Made by a program: the position numbers and the translations under genes. From Bacteroides sp. (lineage in GTDB: Bacteria; Bacteroidota; Bacteroidia; Bacteroidales; Bacteroidaceae): a stretch of DNA of 64,000 bases. Shown here piece by piece: positions 20,652-30,632 of the stretch. Under the pieces are notes generated by a model. The model searched no databases. It worked only from the letters and a program-made list of their open reading frames with translations, and was not told the origin of the DNA. Each line of letters starts with the position of its first letter. Position 1 is the first letter of the stretch. Location of the stretch: the NCBI GenBank assembly GCA_030152865.1, contig JASLIW010000053.1, forward strand, positions 27,386 through 91,385. Direction: 5' to 3'.

Positions 20652-20840
20652 TTAACCTGGATAAACAATGTTTTCCATGATTGTTTTGAAACAGAAATCC
20701 ATACCGCTAACTACTAACGCAATTATTAGGGAAGCAGATAATACTACAATCGCACTATTAGCTAACTCGGATTGTGATGGCCACGATACTTTATGCACGA
20801 GTTCATCGTAGGATTCTTTAATATTGTTTATAATCTTCAT
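20652..20840 (-). CDS. secE: Preprotein translocase subunit SecE
   Basis: EL.KVSWP motif plus one transmembrane helix; lies between tRNA-Trp and nusG. Confidence 0.95.
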   Translation of the reverse strand: MKIINNIKESYDELVHKVSWPSQSELANSAIVVLSASLIIALVVSGMDFCFKTIMENIVYPG

Positions 20841-20859
20841 AATTATGAATTATAATTAG

Positions 20860-20932
20860 CACGGGAGGAGAGGCTCGAACTCCCGACACCTAGTTTTGGA
20901 GACTAGTGCTCTACCAACTGAGCTACACCCGT
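20860..20932 (-). tRNA. tRNA-Trp(CCA)
   Basis: Anticodon arm CTAGT-CTCCAAA-ACTAG; cloverleaf; typical position before secE. Confidence 0.96.
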
Positions 20933-20936
20933 AAAT

Positions 20937-20965
20937 AGTCGGTCTTTGATTTACAAAGACCGACT
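20937..20965. other. Stem-loop between tuf and tRNA-Trp (processing or stability hairpin, or weak terminator)
   Basis: AGTCGGTCTTTG-ATTTA-CAAAGACCGACT, with no strong U tract. Confidence 0.6.
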
Positions 20966-20982
20966 GATATATCTATAGATTA

Positions 20983-22167
20983 TTAGTCTACGATTTTAGT
21001 AATCTGACCAGCACCTACTGTACGTCCACCTTCACGGATTGCAAAGCGAAGACCTACGTTAAGAGCAACTGGGTAGATAAGCTGAACGTTAATAGTAACG
21101 TTATCACCAGGCATAACCATCTCTACACCTTCTGGTAGAGTAATTTCACCTGTACAGTCCATAGTACGTAAATAGAACTGAGGACGGTATTTGTTGTGGA
21201 ATGGAGTGTGACGTCCACCTTCTTCTTTCTTCAAGATATAAACCTCAGCTTGGAATTTATCGTGTGGTTTAATTTGACCTGGGTGACAAAGAACCATACC
21301 ACGTTTGATATCACTCTTCTCAATACCACGAAGTAATAGACCTACGTTATCACCAGCTTCACCTTGATCTAGAAGCTTACGGAACATTTCTACTCCTGTA
21401 ACAACACATTTTCTATCTTCACCAAGACCTAAAAGTTCTACTTCATCACCAACTTTTACGATACCTGCTTCGATACGACCTGTTGCAACTGTACCACGAC
21501 CTGTGATAGAGAACACGTCTTCAACTGGCATCAAGAATGGTTTATCAACATCACGTGGAGGCAATGGAATCCAGTTATCTACAGCTTCCATAAGCTCTAG
21601 AATCTTAGCTTCCCACTTCTCAACACCTTCTAAAGCACCTAGTGCAGAACCTTGAATGATTGGTGTATCATCACCATCAAAGTTGTAGAAATCAAGAAGT
21701 TCTCTCATTTCCATCTCAACTAGCTCAAGCATTTCTTCGTCTTCAACCATGTCGCATTTGTTCATAAATACAACTAGACGAGGAACGTTTACCTGGCGTG
21801 CAAGAAGAATGTGCTCACGAGTTTGAGGCATAGGACCATCAGTAGCAGCTACTACAATGATAGCACCGTCCATTTGAGCAGCACCAGTAACCATGTTCTT
21901 AACGTAGTCAGCGTGACCTGGACAGTCAACGTGAGCGTAGTGACGGTTAGCTGTTTCATACTCAATGTGTGAAGTATTAATAGTAATACCTCTTTCCTTT
22001 TCCTCTGGAGCGTTATCAATCTGATCGTATGATCTCGCTTCACCACCAAATTCTTTATTCAAAACGGTAGTAATAGCAGCGGTCAAGGTAGTTTTACCGT
22101 GGTCAACGTGACCAATTGTACCAATGTTAACATGAGGTTTGGTACGTTCAAATTTCTCTTTAGCCAT
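20983..22167 (-). CDS. tuf: Elongation factor Tu
   Basis: [17 protein letters not shown] and NKCD motifs. Confidence 0.99.
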   Translation of the reverse strand: MAKEKFERTKPHVNIGTIGHVDHGKTTLTAAITTVLNKEFGGEARSYDQIDNAPEEKERGITINTSHIEYETANRHYAHVDCPGHADYVKNMVTGAAQMDGAIIVVAATDGPMPQTREHILLARQVNVPRLVVFMNKCDMVEDEEMLELVEMEMRELLDFYNFDGDDTPIIQGSALGALEGVEKWEAKILELMEAVDNWIPLPPRDVDKPFLMPVEDVFSITGRGTVATGRIEAGIVKVGDEVELLGLGEDRKCVVTGVEMFRKLLDQGEAGDNVGLLLRGIEKSDIKRGMVLCHPGQIKPHDKFQAEVYILKKEEGGRHTPFHNKYRPQFYLRTMDCTGEITLPEGVEMVMPGDNVTINVQLIYPVALNVGLRFAIREGGRTVGAGQITKIVD

Positions 22168-22220
22168 AGCTTTACTTGTTATTTATTTGATTAATAATCA
22201 GCACTTACAATATAATTATG

Positions 22221-22292
<72 letters not shown>

Positions 22293-22301
22293 ATAAAATA
22301 G

Positions 22302-22374
22302 AGCGGAAGACGGGACTCAAACCCGCGACCCTCAGCTTGGAAGGCTAATGCTCTATCAACTGAGCTACTTCCGC
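22302..22374 (-). tRNA. tRNA-Gly(TCC)
   Basis: Anticodon arm TTAGC-CTTCCAA-GCTGA; acceptor GCGGAAG/CTTCCGC. Confidence 0.95.
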
Positions 22375-22382
22375 AATTTTAG

Positions 22383-22465
22383 TGGGCAAAGATGGATTCG
22401 AACCACCGAAGGCGTAAGCCAGCAGATTTACAGTCTGCCCCATTTGGCCACTCTGGTATTTGCCC
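22383..22465 (-). tRNA. tRNA-Tyr(GTA)
   Basis: Anticodon arm GCAGA-CTGTAAA-TCTGC; long variable arm. Confidence 0.96.
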
Positions 22466-22483
22466 AACTACTCTATTTTCTTG

Positions 22484-22557
22484 AGCCTCTTGTCGGATTC
22501 GAACCAACGACCCCGAGATTACAAATCACGTGCTCTGGCCAACTGAGCTAAAGAGGC
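22484..22557 (-). tRNA. tRNA-Thr(TGT)
   Basis: Anticodon loop TTTGTAA; acceptor GCCTCTT/AAGAGGC; canonical Thr-Tyr-Gly-Thr-tuf order. Confidence 0.95.
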
Positions 22558-22608
22558 TTATATGGAAACTTGCAGCCATTTCGACGAATGACTTAAGTGA
22601 AACGGCTG

Positions 22609-22616
22609 CAAATTTA
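22609..22616 (-). promoter_or_regulatory. -7 promoter box of the tRNA-tuf operon
   Basis: TAAATTTG(CAGCC) on the minus strand, about 50 nt upstream of tRNA-Thr. Confidence 0.65.
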
Positions 22617-22655
22617 AATATAAATTTCTTTTTTACAAAATGAATTGCATATTAT

Positions 22656-22952
22656 TTAGCTTGCCTGACGACCTTTATATTTCTTGAGCTGCCTACGTAA
22701 AGCATCTATTACCTCATCAACAGCTTCCTCAAAAGAGTCACAGGTTTTGCTAGCATATAATTCTGTTCCTGGAACATGAATCCGTATTCCTGCTTCCTTA
22801 TTGGTCACAGCATCGGACTTCAACCTTAAAAACACCTCTACTTTCTGTATATTTTCGTAAAAACGCTCTAGTTTCTTAACTCTTTCTTCTGCAAATTTCA
22901 CTAAGTGATCCTTTGCATCAAAACCAACAGATCGAATTCCTATTTCCATCAT
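22656..22952 (-). CDS. hpf: Ribosome hibernation factor, short HPF/RaiA (start may be the second ATG at 22949)
   Basis: S30AE-like pattern, SFEEAVD...LRRQLKKYK; follows xerC. Confidence 0.92.
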   Translation of the reverse strand: MMEIGIRSVGFDAKDHLVKFAEERVKKLERFYENIQKVEVFLRLKSDAVTNKEAGIRIHVPGTELYASKTCDSFEEAVDEVIDALRRQLKKYKGRQAS

Positions 22953-22956
22953 AATG

Positions 22957-22965
22957 ACCTCCTTT
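22957..22965 (-). promoter_or_regulatory. Strong Shine-Dalgarno sequence of hpf
   Basis: AAAGGAGGT lying 4 and 7 nt upstream of the two tandem ATGs. Confidence 0.75.
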
Positions 22966-22970
22966 TTTAA

Positions 22971-23855
22971 TTAAGCTCTTGGATGAGCTTGATTATAAAC
23001 TTTTTTAAGTTCTTTAAATGTCGTATGCGTATAAACTTCAGTCGCTGACAGACTCGTATGTCCTAATATTTCCTTTATCACTTGAAGGTCTGCACCGTTA
23101 TTCAACATATTAGTAGCAAAACTATGCCTCAATACATGAGGACTACATTTTACTAAAGATGAAATCACTGCAAGGTTGTTTTTTACAACCTTATACACTA
23201 GACTTGGGTACAATCTTAATCCATTTGGTCTTACAAAAAACGCGACGCTATTTTTATTCACCTCGGTTTTCTTTGCCTCCAAATACTTTTGGATTCGTAA
23301 AGACAGTGTCTCTCCAAAAGGAATTACACGCTCTTTATTACCCTTACCTAAAACCTTCAACTGACTTGAGTTCAAATCTACATCGCACTCATCAAGCCCA
23401 ATTAGCTCCGACAAGCGAATGCCCGTAGAATAGAACAACTCGATAATCAGCCTATCACGCAGTCCTATAAAATCCTCAGTAAAAAAATCACCATCTAACA
23501 ACTTATCCAAGTCTGCCGACCGGATAAAGTCTGGTAATTTACGACCAAGCTTAGGACCTTCCACTAGGCTTAACTGATCTGATTCTAAGACACCCACACG
23601 CAACAAATAGCGTGAGAATACCCTTAACGAGCTAAGCTTTCGTTTTACAGAAGCGGCTTCATACCCTTGATCCATCAAAGACACCATCCAACTTCTGACG
23701 TGGTTTACACTCAACAAATTCAAAGAACACTCTTTACTACTAAAACAACTACTTTCGAAAAACTGTTCAATATCCCGACAATATGCTTGTACAGTATGTG
23801 GGGAGTAGTTTTTCTCATAGCTTAAATAGTCTATAAACTCTTCGAGATACTTCAT
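22971..23855 (-). CDS. xerC: Chromosomal tyrosine recombinase XerC
   Basis: TGIRLSEL, GKGNKER, PHVLRHSFAT and LGHTSLSATEVY (R-K-H-R-H-Y residues); core-binding N-terminal domain. Confidence 0.88.
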   Translation of the reverse strand: MKYLEEFIDYLSYEKNYSPHTVQAYCRDIEQFFESSCFSSKECSLNLLSVNHVRSWMVSLMDQGYEAASVKRKLSSLRVFSRYLLRVGVLESDQLSLVEGPKLGRKLPDFIRSADLDKLLDGDFFTEDFIGLRDRLIIELFYSTGIRLSELIGLDECDVDLNSSQLKVLGKGNKERVIPFGETLSLRIQKYLEAKKTEVNKNSVAFFVRPNGLRLYPSLVYKVVKNNLAVISSLVKCSPHVLRHSFATNMLNNGADLQVIKEILGHTSLSATEVYTHTTFKELKKVYNQAHPRA

Positions 23856-23929
23856 CGTTATTATAGTACTAGACTACTAACGAATATAGGAAAAGAAATT
23901 CGCCTCCCAAAGGATGAGAGAGATTATTC

Positions 23930-24121
23930 TTAATCTTCTTGCTCTTTTAGTTTTTGAACGTAGATAGCGCGTTCTCTTTTGAATCTGTTTACCACTGATG
24001 GTTTGTCGAATTGTTGTCTTTTTCTCAATTCTTTAATAACACCAGTTCTTTCAAATTTTCTCTTAAATCTCTTAAGAGCTCTTTCGATGTTTTCTCCGTC
24101 TTTTACAGGTACTACAATCAT
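23930..24121 (-). CDS. rpsU: 30S ribosomal protein bS21
   Basis: ENIERALKRFKRK and F.KPS motifs. Confidence 0.97.
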   Translation of the reverse strand: MIVVPVKDGENIERALKRFKRKFERTGVIKELRKRQQFDKPSVVNRFKRERAIYVQKLKEQED

Positions 24122-24308
24122 TTTTTGTCTTTTAAATTAATGTTTAAACTTTGAAACTATTCAATTAATTTCGGTCTGCAAAAATAAAGATACTTTCGTT
24201 ATCTACAAAACTTTACTCCCTATTTCTAGGATATTAATGGATTATAGCTTCCTTTTTTAGTTTTTTCTTAACTTAGTGGTTGTTATATAACTAGATAAGC
24301 CACATATC

Positions 24309-26075
24309 ATGGATACAAAAACTATTAAAAAACTCTCTATACTACGAGAAAAAATGAAGCAAAAGAAGGTTGATGCTTTTATTATACCTTCAAGTGATCC
24401 ACACATGAGTGAATATCTTCCACTACACTGGAAAGTAAGAGAGTGGATGAGTGGATTTAATGGCTCTGCAGGAACTTTAGTTGTCACACTCCATGAGGCT
24501 GGACTTTGGACAGACTCACGCTACTACCTTCAAGCCTCAGAACAACTAAAAGATACATCCATAAAACTATTTAAGGATGGACTACAGTCTACACCATCTA
24601 TTTCTGAGTTTTTATCGTCTAAACTACCACAAGGAGCTATTATATCCTTTGATGGTGAAATGGTGTCAGTTGCCACCTATTCAGCCTGGCAGCAACAGCT
24701 ACCTATGTACCAATTAAAAAGCTTGGACATAATCCATGACATATGGCTAGATCGTCCTCCTTTACCCACCACACCCTGCTTTATTTATGAGGAGAAATAT
24801 GCAGGAAAAAGCTGTCAAATCAAACTTAAAGAAATTAGAGAGCAACATCTTAAAGCCGATCAAGCTCTACTTATTACTGCCTTAGATGAGATTGCTTGGA
24901 TACTTAATATAAGAGGAGATGAGATTCCCAACAACCCTGTTGTTATTTCTTATTTACTCCTCACAGCTGAGCAGTGTTTTTTATTTATAGACCCCAACAA
25001 ATTAGGCAGGGAAGTAAAAGATTACTTCAAGGAACAAGGTGTGCTCTGTCAGGGATATAAGGACATTTATACCCTGACCAAAAAATTTGCCGCAAAACAG
25101 CTCTTATATGACCCAGAAACGACAAATATAAAGTTAGCTCAAGCTATAGCTGAGCAAGTTCAAACAAAAACTCAGTCCTCCCCCATCGCTCTGATGAAAG
25201 CCCTACGTAATCCTGTAGAAATCAAAAATGTAAAACAAGCCATGATTAAGGATGGAGTTGCCATGGTGCAGTTTTTAATCTGGCTAGATCAGAATAAGGA
25301 CAAAGGTATTACTGAGCTAGATGTATCAGACAAGCTGTATCAACTACGCTCCAAGCAAGACTTGTTTCAGGGAGAAAGCTTTGACACTATTGCAGGCTAC
25401 GGGAAACATGGAGCTATCGTCCACTACTCGGCTACTCCTGCAAGTAATGCTACACTAAAGCCTGAAGGATTTATTCTTGTTGACTCTGGAGCTCAATACC
25501 TAGATGGCACGACTGATTTAACACGAACTATTGCTTTAGGGGAATTAAGCGAAGAAGAAAAACTCGACTATACCCTCGTACTTAAGGGCCACATTGCACT
25601 TGCACGAGCTAAGTTCCCTGAGGGCACTCGGGGTAGCCAGCTAGATATCTTAGCAAGACTACCGCTATGGGAACAGAAGAAAAACTTTCTACACGGGACA
25701 GGACATGGTGTAGGTCAGTTTCTCTGTGTGCATGAAGGGCCACAGAGTATCCGTATGAATGAAAACCCGATTACACTTCAAATAGGTATGCTTACATCTA
25801 ACGAACCTGGCGTATATATAGATGGCAGCCATGGGGTGCGAATCGAAAACTTAATGTTGGTTGCTCCCTGGAGTGAAGGTCTATTTGGCAATTATTACCA
25901 GTTTGAAACGGTCACTCTGTGCCCGATCTGTACGCGAGGTATCATAAAGAGCAAGCTGACAGCTGAAGAGATAGATTGGCTCAATAATTACCACCAACAG
26001 GTTTATCATAAACTAAGTCCACATCTCACAGCTGAAGAGCAAAAGTGGCTGGCAAAAGCCACATCAAAAATATAA
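24309..26075 (+). CDS. Aminopeptidase P family (M24) Xaa-Pro aminopeptidase
   Basis: DPHMSEY, DSGAQYLDGTTD, HGTGHGVG, HEGP, EPG and RIEN motifs. Confidence 0.93.
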   Translation: MDTKTIKKLSILREKMKQKKVDAFIIPSSDPHMSEYLPLHWKVREWMSGFNGSAGTLVVTLHEAGLWTDSRYYLQASEQLKDTSIKLFKDGLQSTPSISEFLSSKLPQGAIISFDGEMVSVATYSAWQQQLPMYQLKSLDIIHDIWLDRPPLPTTPCFIYEEKYAGKSCQIKLKEIREQHLKADQALLITALDEIAWILNIRGDEIPNNPVVISYLLLTAEQCFLFIDPNKLGREVKDYFKEQGVLCQGYKDIYTLTKKFAAKQLLYDPETTNIKLAQAIAEQVQTKTQSSPIALMKALRNPVEIKNVKQAMIKDGVAMVQFLIWLDQNKDKGITELDVSDKLYQLRSKQDLFQGESFDTIAGYGKHGAIVHYSATPASNATLKPEGFILVDSGAQYLDGTTDLTRTIALGELSEEEKLDYTLVLKGHIALARAKFPEGTRGSQLDILARLPLWEQKKNFLHGTGHGVGQFLCVHEGPQSIRMNENPITLQIGMLTSNEPGVYIDGSHGVRIENLMLVAPWSEGLFGNYYQFETVTLCPICTRGIIKSKLTAEEIDWLNNYHQQVYHKLSPHLTAEEQKWLAKATSKI

Positions 26076-26082
26076 ATAACAT

Positions 26083-26616
26083 ATGGCACTTATTAAAACA
26101 GTCAGAGGGTTTACACCCACATGGGGTAAGGATTGCTACTTTGCTGAAAATGCAACCCTTATCGGAGATCTTAAATTAGGTGATGAATGTAGTGTGTGGT
26201 TTAATGCCGTGTTACGAGGAGATGTAAACACCATACAAATTGGCAATCGAGTTAATATTCAAGACGGAAGCGTTCTGCACACACTCTATGAGAAATCCAC
26301 CATAAAAATCGGCGATAATGTAACTATTGGTCATAATGCCATCGTACATGGTGCAGATATCGATGATGGAGCCTTGATAGGTATGGGAGCTACTTTATTA
26401 GACCATGCTCATATTGGAAAAGGCGCTATCATAGCAGCTGGCTCGGTAGTCTTAAGCCATACACAGGTAGAACCCTATACGCTCTGGGCGGGAGTTCCAG
26501 CCAAATTTGTAAAGCGAGTAGACCCAGATCAAACTCAGGAGCTCAATGAAAAAATAGCTCACCAGTATCCTCTATACGCATCGTGGTTTAAAGATGAAAC
26601 AAAACATAAAAAATAA
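26083..26616 (+). CDS. Gamma carbonic anhydrase family protein
   Basis: LRGD, NIQD..VLH and TIGH..IVHG motifs; hexapeptide repeats. Confidence 0.92.
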   Translation: MALIKTVRGFTPTWGKDCYFAENATLIGDLKLGDECSVWFNAVLRGDVNTIQIGNRVNIQDGSVLHTLYEKSTIKIGDNVTIGHNAIVHGADIDDGALIGMGATLLDHAHIGKGAIIAAGSVVLSHTQVEPYTLWAGVPAKFVKRVDPDQTQELNEKIAHQYPLYASWFKDETKHKK

Positions 26617-26679
26617 GCTCTTTGTCCAACTTTATTTTTTGTATTCTGTTATTATTCTCTCATAATGAGTTAATAGAAC

Positions 26680-27756
26680 ATGAAAAATATAGCAACATTA
26701 CTCTCTGGAGGTGTCGATAGCTCTGTCGTCGTACACCTCCTTTGTGAACAAGGATATAAACCCGATTTATTCTATATCAAAATTGGTATGGAGGGAGAGG
26801 ATAATCTAGGCTGCTCAGCTGAAGAAGATATTGAATTAGCACAAATTACAGCTAAAAAATATGGCTTAAAACTTGAAATTGTTGATTTACAGAAGGAGTA
26901 CTGGGATCGAGTGGTAAAGTATACCATTGAAAAAGTGAGCCAAGGCTATACACCCAATCCCGATGTCATGTGTAACAAACTAATCAAGTTTGGTTGCTTT
27001 GAGGAGCAAGTAGGCCATCAATATGATTTCACTGCTACAGGCCACTATGCACAAACCTACAACATCAAAAACAAAGTCTGGCTGGGCACAGCCAAGGACC
27101 CACTAAAAGATCAAACTGACTTTCTAGCACAGATAGACAACTTACAAGTAGCTAAACTTTTATTCCCTTTGGGAGGTTTGCTCAAGGAAGAAGTACGAAG
27201 TATTGCTCAGCAGGCTAAGCTTCCGAGTGCCAACCGCAAAGATAGCCAAGGTATTTGTTTCTTAGGCAAGATAGACTACAACCAGTTTATCAAGCGCTTT
27301 TTAGGAGAAAAAGAAGGTGCTATTGTGGAGTTAGAAACAGGTAAGATACTGGGTACACACCAAGGTTTTTGGTTTCATACCATCGGACAAAGAAAAGGTA
27401 TCGGTCTTTCCGGTGGGCCTTGGTATGTTGTCAAAAAAGACACTTCTGAAAATACGATCTACGTCTCGAGGGGTTACGATACTAAAAATCAATATAAAAA
27501 CTCTTTCAGTATGGAAAACTTCCACTTTATTACGGAAAACCCATGGATTGATATCACAAGTCAGGGCACTCCTATCCGGTTTAAAATCAGACACACACCT
27601 GAGTTTATTCCAGGACAACTTTACCTTCAGAATGGCAAATATCTCGTCCAATCTCAAGAGCAAATACAAGGTGTTGCTCCGGGTCAGTTTGGTGTAATTT
27701 ACGATCAAGAAGCAAAGCTCTGTATAGGAAGTGGAGAAATAGCTCTAAATAGTTAG
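26680..27756 (+). CDS. mnmA: tRNA 2-thiouridine(34) synthase
   Basis: [31 protein letters not shown] and PGQ motifs. Confidence 0.95.
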   Translation: MKNIATLLSGGVDSSVVVHLLCEQGYKPDLFYIKIGMEGEDNLGCSAEEDIELAQITAKKYGLKLEIVDLQKEYWDRVVKYTIEKVSQGYTPNPDVMCNKLIKFGCFEEQVGHQYDFTATGHYAQTYNIKNKVWLGTAKDPLKDQTDFLAQIDNLQVAKLLFPLGGLLKEEVRSIAQQAKLPSANRKDSQGICFLGKIDYNQFIKRFLGEKEGAIVELETGKILGTHQGFWFHTIGQRKGIGLSGGPWYVVKKDTSENTIYVSRGYDTKNQYKNSFSMENFHFITENPWIDITSQGTPIRFKIRHTPEFIPGQLYLQNGKYLVQSQEQIQGVAPGQFGVIYDQEAKLCIGSGEIALNS

Positions 27757-27763
27757 TACAATA

Positions 27764-27793
27764 AAAAAAGCAGGATAGAGTTCCTGCTTTTTT
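27764..27793. terminator. Bidirectional terminator between mnmA and waaA
   Basis: AAAAAAGCAGGA-TAGAGT-TCCTGCTTTTTT. Confidence 0.85.
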
Positions 27794-27794
27794 G

Positions 27795-29015
27795 CTAAAA
27801 ATTAATCATTTTCAATATCTTCTCTGAAGCTCCCAGGTGGCTTTCAACATATCCTCCAGCTTGTGCACTGGTGTAGTGATAAAACTCGGGCTCACTAAAA
27901 AAGCGATCTATGAGAGATTCTAACTGACTGTACTCTTGAATCGAATAAGCACCCTTGCAATCAATCAGTTGTCGAGCCTCCATAAATTTATCATACTTTG
28001 GTCCAAATAAGACGGGTATCCCATATACCGCAGCTTCTAAAATATTATGAATACCTACTCCAAAGCCCCCACCGATGTAGGCTACTTCACCGTAACGATA
28101 GATAGAAGATAAAAGCCCAAAGCAGTCTATAATTAGACAATCGACTTCTTGAACATTGGCTTCTGTAGCTTCAGTGTACCTACGATAAGGTCTCTTTAGC
28201 TTACCAATAATCTCATTTAGATGGCTTTCGTCGATAACATGCGGCGCAATAATCAACTTCATATCTGGTCGTTGGTTGAAGTACTCAATAAACAGATCTT
28301 CATCAGGCCCCCAAGAACTCCCAGCAACAAAGGTAGGACTATCGCCCTTAAAGCGTTCTACAATAGGTAGCTCCTTTGCTTGATCCTGTATCTGTTTTAC
28401 ACGATCAAAGCGAGTATCACCTACAACTGTTACCCTCGTGATACCTATTTTTGCAAGAAATCGTTTAGACGTTTCATTTTGAACAAATAAGTGATCAAAG
28501 TTTTTTAATACATTCCGATATGTTCCCCCATACCACTGGAAAAACACTTGATTTTTCCTAAAAATAGAAGACACACTATATGTGGGAATTCTACGTTTAT
28601 GAAGTTCATCTAAATAGTTCTTCCAAAACTCATATTTAATAAAGAACGCCATTTTGGGCTGTGCCAAATCCAAAAACTTAAGCACATTTCTTGGTTTATC
28701 AAAAGGAAGGTAACAAATAATATCAGCTCCTTCATAGTTCTTTCGAACCTCATAGCCAGATGGCGAAAAGAAGGTTAATATGATACGATATTCAGGGTAC
28801 TGAGCTCGAATTTTCTCCATCAATGGGCGACCTTGCTCAAACTCTCCTAAGGAGGCTGCATGAAACCACAGATAGTCTCTATCTGCTTCTATGCCCTGAC
28901 GCAGCTTAGTATAAACCTCTCGATGCCCCTGAATCATTTGCTTGGGTTTCTGTCCAAACAAAGCAGCTAGACGCACTAAGAAGCCATATATATGTATTGC
29001 AATATTATATAACAT
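27795..29015 (-). CDS. waaA: 3-deoxy-D-manno-octulosonic acid (Kdo) transferase
   Basis: WFHAASLGE, YLPFD, GDTRFD and HNILEAA motifs. Confidence 0.93.
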   Translation of the reverse strand: MLYNIAIHIYGFLVRLAALFGQKPKQMIQGHREVYTKLRQGIEADRDYLWFHAASLGEFEQGRPLMEKIRAQYPEYRIILTFFSPSGYEVRKNYEGADIICYLPFDKPRNVLKFLDLAQPKMAFFIKYEFWKNYLDELHKRRIPTYSVSSIFRKNQVFFQWYGGTYRNVLKNFDHLFVQNETSKRFLAKIGITRVTVVGDTRFDRVKQIQDQAKELPIVERFKGDSPTFVAGSSWGPDEDLFIEYFNQRPDMKLIIAPHVIDESHLNEIIGKLKRPYRRYTEATEANVQEVDCLIIDCFGLLSSIYRYGEVAYIGGGFGVGIHNILEAAVYGIPVLFGPKYDKFMEARQLIDCKGAYSIQEYSQLESLIDRFFSEPEFYHYTSAQAGGYVESHLGASEKILKMINF

Positions 29016-29020
29016 ATCTA

Positions 29021-30538
29021 CTAGCCAAGAACTTCTACAGCTTTACGCATTCGTCTTACTGACTCTTCTTTGCCTAAAAAAGCAGTAATATCATACATAT
29101 GAGGTCCCTTACTTGCACCTACTACAGCCAGACGAAAAGCATTCATCACCTGTCCCATTTTCAAATCATTGGCTTCTATCCATGCTTTCACTGATTCCTC
29201 CTGACTCTCCACAGAGAAGTCATCTAGGCTCTCTAGGATATCGGCAATCGCTAAAACGTGCTTAGCTGAATCTTCTTTCCAACGCTTGCGCACAGTTTTC
29301 TCATCATATACTTGAGGAGCTATAAAGAAAAAGTCAGCTACATCCCAAAGTTCTGAAACAAAAGAAACACGTTCTTTCACTAGACCTATTACCTGTGCAA
29401 CTCGATCTAGTGGAGCCTCAACTTGATGCTCCTCTAAAGTAGGAATGAATTGCTTAGCAAGCTCTTCATTAGCTGTCTGTTGTATATATTGGTGGTTAAA
29501 CCACAAACCTTTTTTGTAATCAAACTTAGCCCCAGACTTACTACAGCGACTTAAATCAAACAGTTCTATTAAATCTTTCATAGATAAAATCTCCTGCTCC
29601 GTACCAGGGTTCCACCCCAACAAGGCAAGAAAATTAACTACGGCTTCTGGTAAGTATCCTGATTCTCTAAATCCAGAGGAAACATCTCCTGTCTTAGGGT
29701 CTTTCCACTCAAGAGGAAACACGGGAAAACCTAAACGATCTCCATCACGCTTACTTAACTTACCGTTACCCTCTGGCTTTAATAATAAAGGTAAATGTGC
29801 AAACTCAGGCATGCTGTCTTCCCATCCAAAAGCTCTATATAAAAGCACATGTAAAGGAGCTGAAGGCAACCACTCTTCTCCACGAATCACATGAGATATT
29901 TTCATCAAGTGGTCATCAACTATATTTGCAAGATGGTAGGTAGGAAGTTCATCGGCTGACTTATAAAGCACCTTATCATCGAGTATGGAAGAGTTTATTA
30001 CTACCTCACCTCGGATAAGGTCATTTACATGTATATCTTCATTCGGATTGATTTTAAAGCGAACTACATACTGAGCTCCATCTGCAATTAAGGCATCCAC
30101 TTCATCAGGACTTAAGACTAGTGAATTACGCATCTGCAAGCGTGTGGAAGCATCATATTGAAAGTTATCAATTTCACTTCGCTTTGCTTGAAGTTCTTCT
30201 GGGGTATCGAAGGCAATATATGCCTTACCAGCATCCAGAAGAATCTTTACATATTTCTTATATATTTCCCGGCGTTCTGACTGACGATAAGGGCCATACT
30301 CTCCTCCGAAACTAACTCCCTCATCAAATTCTATATTCAGCCACTTGAAGGATTCCAAGATATATTCCTCAGCACCTGGTACGAAACGATTGGAGTCGGT
30401 ATCTTCTATACGGAAAACCAAATCTCCTCCATGCTGCCGCGCAAAAAGATAATTATATAGTGCGGTGCGTACTCCACCAATATGTAAAGCACCTGTTGGA
30501 CTAGGCGCAAAACGAACTCTAACTTTTCTTTCAGACAT
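29021..30538 (-). CDS. gltX: Glutamate-tRNA ligase
   Basis: [19 protein letters not shown] and KLSKR motifs. Confidence 0.98.
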   Translation of the reverse strand: MSERKVRVRFAPSPTGALHIGGVRTALYNYLFARQHGGDLVFRIEDTDSNRFVPGAEEYILESFKWLNIEFDEGVSFGGEYGPYRQSERREIYKKYVKILLDAGKAYIAFDTPEELQAKRSEIDNFQYDASTRLQMRNSLVLSPDEVDALIADGAQYVVRFKINPNEDIHVNDLIRGEVVINSSILDDKVLYKSADELPTYHLANIVDDHLMKISHVIRGEEWLPSAPLHVLLYRAFGWEDSMPEFAHLPLLLKPEGNGKLSKRDGDRLGFPVFPLEWKDPKTGDVSSGFRESGYLPEAVVNFLALLGWNPGTEQEILSMKDLIELFDLSRCSKSGAKFDYKKGLWFNHQYIQQTANEELAKQFIPTLEEHQVEAPLDRVAQVIGLVKERVSFVSELWDVADFFFIAPQVYDEKTVRKRWKEDSAKHVLAIADILESLDDFSVESQEESVKAWIEANDLKMGQVMNAFRLAVVGASKGPHMYDITAFLGKEESVRRMRKAVEVLG

Positions 30539-30632
30539 ATTATTCAGTATATATAAATCTCAGCAAAATTAAGCTTTTTTTTTCATACTAGCCTTTTATT
30601 TCGTACTTTTCGCAAAACATAAGACCTTTGAT

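Noticed and set aside
20860..20932. U6-U67 mismatch in the tRNA-Trp acceptor stem and no encoded CCA
   Set aside because: Single mismatches are tolerated and CCA can be added enzymatically. The canonical position argues it is functional.
22348..22551. 67-aa plus-strand ORF
   Set aside because: It is antisense to tRNA-Gly, tRNA-Tyr and tRNA-Thr, so it is a shadow ORF.
22570..22611. Inverted repeat TTGCAGCC.TTTC / GAAA.GGCTGCAA upstream of the tRNA operon as an invertible promoter
   Set aside because: One arm overlaps the -7 box itself and the interior is only 16 nt, so it does not enclose a promoter. At most it is a leader hairpin.
22971..23855. Tyrosine recombinase near a tRNA cluster as a possible island integrase
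   Set aside because: It is XerC-sized with no arm-binding domain, sits among core genes (rpsU, hpf), and has no flanking att repeats or cargo. It is far from the tRNA-Leu islet.
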